Below are positions 61,094 to 64,000 of a stretch of 64,000 nucleotides of DNA, in pieces. A model generated the notes under the pieces. That model was not told where the DNA came from and made no database searches. It worked only from the letters and a program-made list of their open reading frames with translations. Source of the stretch: Nitrososphaeria archaeon (lineage in GTDB: Archaea > Thermoproteota > Nitrososphaeria > JACIWG01); contig JBEKIG010000001.1 in the NCBI GenBank assembly GCA_050011875.1, forward strand, positions 32,001 through 96,000. The letters run 5' to 3'. Every line of letters begins with the position of its first letter. Position 1 is the stretch's first letter. A program made the position numbers and the translations under genes.

Positions 61094-63700
61094 TTAACCT
61101 TTTACCCACCAATAGTAAAGCGAATCAGCTCCTCCGCCGATCATAACATTCTCTTGATATTGTATGTTTTTGTTATAGCCCGTCATGTATGGTTTTAACA
61201 TCCAGAATGTGTTGGTCTGTTCTGTATATACATACAAGTAGAGGTTTATTGCTATCTGCTCACACTGTTTATAATCCTGCGCAGCCAAGGTACTATTTGT
61301 AGTCGAATCAGCCTGTATAATTAGGTTGTTCATTTCATGGTACTGAGCGGCCTCCGCTGGATAGCCTGAAGAGTTGATAAAACTTGTAGTCCACCCAAGG
61401 CCTGAAGGATAGGCACCTCCCTGTTCGTACATTGCATTGACGTAGTCGCTTGGATAAGGATAGTCAGGCAACCAACCCAAGTTGTAAATTGGCATTGGAT
61501 TCGCACCTGGCGCCAGTTCTCCTATGATGGTAGTGAAGGCTTGGTACTCAGGCACAGCGTTTATGTTGGGGTCCATTTGGTGAAGTGCTGCAGCCCACAT
61601 TTGGAAAGCGGCGTAATCCACTATATCGCCCGAAGCTACTATAATGGGTAGTGTTACAGATGTATTATACTCACCTGACTCCTGCATCAATTGAGTGGCA
61701 TAGGTAAGGTTGTAGGTAGGAATTCCTGTGAGCTGGCTCGGTGGCACATAGTCAGCCATTCCATTGGGTATAACCCCTGCATAGGAACTTCCAAAGTTAG
61801 CTCCATATACCGAATTCCCCAGAATCTCGTCTAGAAAATTGGTTTCATTCCAGGAATAGCAGAATGCTTCCCTGACTAAAGTATTAGCGAAGTAACCGGA
61901 TGGAATGTTGAAGTTGGAACCGAACACCGATTTCATTAGTGTGGTAGAAGTATTGAAGTTGAATGGATTGAAGAATATATCTAGTGTTGGAAACGAATAC
62001 AGCGAAGTCTGCCCCTTTGCTACCTGTTGTTTGACTAATGGCATATAACTGCTAGGTAGACCAGTCACTATGTCAGCCTGTCCACTTGTGAATAGATCGT
62101 AGGCAGTTGTAGGATCCTTGACCCATTGAATCGATACAGTATCGTTAGGTGTTGGTATACTTGGTACGCTTTGGAATCCTTTGTTAGGTGTCAACACAAC
62201 TGATTGGCCGGGTACGTAGCTCTCTATTTGGTAAGGACCGGAGGCCACTGTGCTGAATTGAACCTTTAGGTTATAATCCCCTTCATTACCTTGACTTTGA
62301 TAAGCGTAGAAGCCTGCGGGTGTAAATGTTATCCCAGCTCCAACGTTCTGTAACCAAGCGGAATCCAGTACTCCTGCTCCCATCGGAAATGCCAAAGCCG
62401 TAAAGAATAAACCTGGCGCTGTTGACACAGCAAGGTGGAATGTAACCGTATCCGTCACATTGTTATACGACACTCCATTCATTATAGCATTAAAGTCCGC
62501 AGTATCATTAGCAGCATTCATTATAGGTACAAAGGGAACCAAGTTCGGTATGAGATATTGTGATAGTATCCAGTCGGCAGTGCCTGGTGCCCCTCCTTGG
62601 AATAACATGCACCTAATAGCTGTATACCATACATCGTAAGCGGTTATAGGATCTCCATTAGAGAATTTCATGCCGCTCCTTATGGTGAACGTATATGAAG
62701 TATAGTTGGCGTTTATTCCTCCATTCTGAACCGTTGGGACTGACGCTGCCAGCATGGGCAGGAACTGGGATGGAGATGATCCATTATAAACTATAAGCGT
62801 CCCCGCTATATTATATATAACCTCAGCCCCCACCGACTCATAATCCACCTGTGGATCGAACGAATATGGGCCTCCGGGAATGTTTTCAACTGTGTTTATA
62901 ATTGAAGGATTGGGGACATTTCCGCTGTATTTATAGAGAATATACGGTTGAGTTGAGGAACTCACAGCTACCGTTTGCTCAACGGTCAGGCTATACTTCT
63001 GGAGGCTGCTTGCGTTTTCCGTGATCAAGGTCAAACTGACTGGATATAGACCTGGATTAGCGTAAGACACGCTCACTGGGTTTGTAACTGGAAGAAATGT
63101 TGAACTATCAGCTAAGACGTCTTGAGTTTTTCCGTTGCCAAAGTTCCATACATATTCATATATGCTCATGTTGTTGCCCGTCGGTGGTAAATGGTAACCT
63201 CCTGTTAGAACTACAGGTGTGTTAACATTGACTACGGGTTCCGTAGGATTAACGGTCGAATTAAGTACGATAACTGGAATTGATACTAACGGTGCTAAAG
63301 TAGAGTTAACTACAGGAGTAACCTGTATTAACGTTGTCACGTTATCTGTAGAAGCTACTACTTTACCGTTGTAAGTTTCTTGTGCTGCGACCAGATATGC
63401 ACCTGAATTAGCATAAGCATGGGTAATACTAGCGGCTTTAGCCGATTGGCCATCTCCGAAGGATATGTTAAGAGAACCACCAGATACTGCTCCGTACACT
63501 GAAAATGTTATACCTACCCCTTGTTCACCTGTTAAACTAGTAGTCGCAAGAGAAATTGCGGTTATAGTAGGTCCATGTGATGTAGACAGATAGAAACCTG
63601 CTACAATAGCTATTATCAATATCACTATAATTATTGCTACGATTGCTGATTTCGCGATTGCTTTCCTCGCACGTTTGTCGAAGAACATGTTCATCATCAT
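61094..63700 (-). CDS. Peptide ABC substrate-binding protein (family 5) with N-terminal PKD-like domains
   Basis: N-terminal TM; ISFGDG and WNFGNG PKD-like motifs; FTIRSGMKFSNGDPITAYDV, SGPY, GWLPDYP. Confidence 0.9.
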   Translation of the reverse strand: MMMNMFFDKRARKAIAKSAIVAIIIVILIIAIVAGFYLSTSHGPTITAISLATTSLTGEQGVGITFSVYGAVSGGSLNISFGDGQSAKAASITHAYANSGAYLVAAQETYNGKVVASTDNVTTLIQVTPVVNSTLAPLVSIPVIVLNSTVNPTEPVVNVNTPVVLTGGYHLPPTGNNMSIYEYVWNFGNGKTQDVLADSSTFLPVTNPVSVSYANPGLYPVSLTLITENASSLQKYSLTVEQTVAVSSSTQPYILYKYSGNVPNPSIINTVENIPGGPYSFDPQVDYESVGAEVIYNIAGTLIVYNGSSPSQFLPMLAASVPTVQNGGINANYTSYTFTIRSGMKFSNGDPITAYDVWYTAIRCMLFQGGAPGTADWILSQYLIPNLVPFVPIMNAANDTADFNAIMNGVSYNNVTDTVTFHLAVSTAPGLFFTALAFPMGAGVLDSAWLQNVGAGITFTPAGFYAYQSQGNEGDYNLKVQFSTVASGPYQIESYVPGQSVVLTPNKGFQSVPSIPTPNDTVSIQWVKDPTTAYDLFTSGQADIVTGLPSSYMPLVKQQVAKGQTSLYSFPTLDIFFNPFNFNTSTTLMKSVFGSNFNIPSGYFANTLVREAFCYSWNETNFLDEILGNSVYGANFGSSYAGVIPNGMADYVPPSQLTGIPTYNLTYATQLMQESGEYNTSVTLPIIVASGDIVDYAAFQMWAAALHQMDPNINAVPEYQAFTTIIGELAPGANPMPIYNLGWLPDYPYPSDYVNAMYEQGGAYPSGLGWTTSFINSSGYPAEAAQYHEMNNLIIQADSTTNSTLAAQDYKQCEQIAINLYLYVYTEQTNTFWMLKPYMTGYNKNIQYQENVMIGGGADSLYYWWVKG

Positions 63701-64000
63701 ATCTAATTATTACTATAAAACTCTTTCGCTGCATCATGTCGCTGAGACCAATTTTTATCTTTATGGAAATAATATTAAACATGCCACAGTTCTAAATAAC
63801 ATTTATTAGATTGACATTAAGAGGGACAAAGTATGTCTCAATCTTTTAAAAAGAGAGAGAATTTCTTTCCTTTTAGACTAATTTATCATTTTTGTTTTAT
63901 GATTAAAGGCGCTAGATAAAATAGTGAATACCATTATGGTTAACCTTTTAAAATCACATTCTAATAAACTCATTATTTTGATCATAGTTATTTGTATAAT

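Noticed and set aside
1602-63782. Numerous 60-180 aa ORFs overlapping confident genes on the opposite strand or in another frame
   Set aside because: Shadow ORFs with no motifs of their own.

Overview
Archaeal-type DNA, probably TACK-lineage (inferred from TrmB and Bat-type HTH regulators, an archaeal MoeA pair, a DUF763 gene and TATA-type promoters). It has three zones. (1) 1-5.6 kb: housekeeping-like genes plus decayed fragments. (2) About 5.6-42 kb: a composite, partly decayed genomic island. It contains a tyrosine integrase directly behind a tRNA-3'-end-like att core (7667), more att-like copies at 20656 (inverted), 38079 and 41915, a type IIG restriction-modification fusion, many gene relics, and a 17 kb sugar-acid (Entner-Doudoroff-type) catabolic cluster. 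(3) 42-64 kb: ordinary core genes (radical SAM, moeA x2, ltaE, nfo, gdhA, glcD/glcF-like, Opp/Dpp transporter). The most unusual signal is a roughly 600-nt non-coding tract at 18.05-18.66 kb. It holds four palindromes with unrelated self-complementary arms around a conserved 13-nt AT-rich centre; two of them sit in 73-bp tandem units, and a second multibranch fold follows. No intact tRNA, rRNA or CRISPR array was seen. All calls come from reading the sequence by eye; no searches were run.
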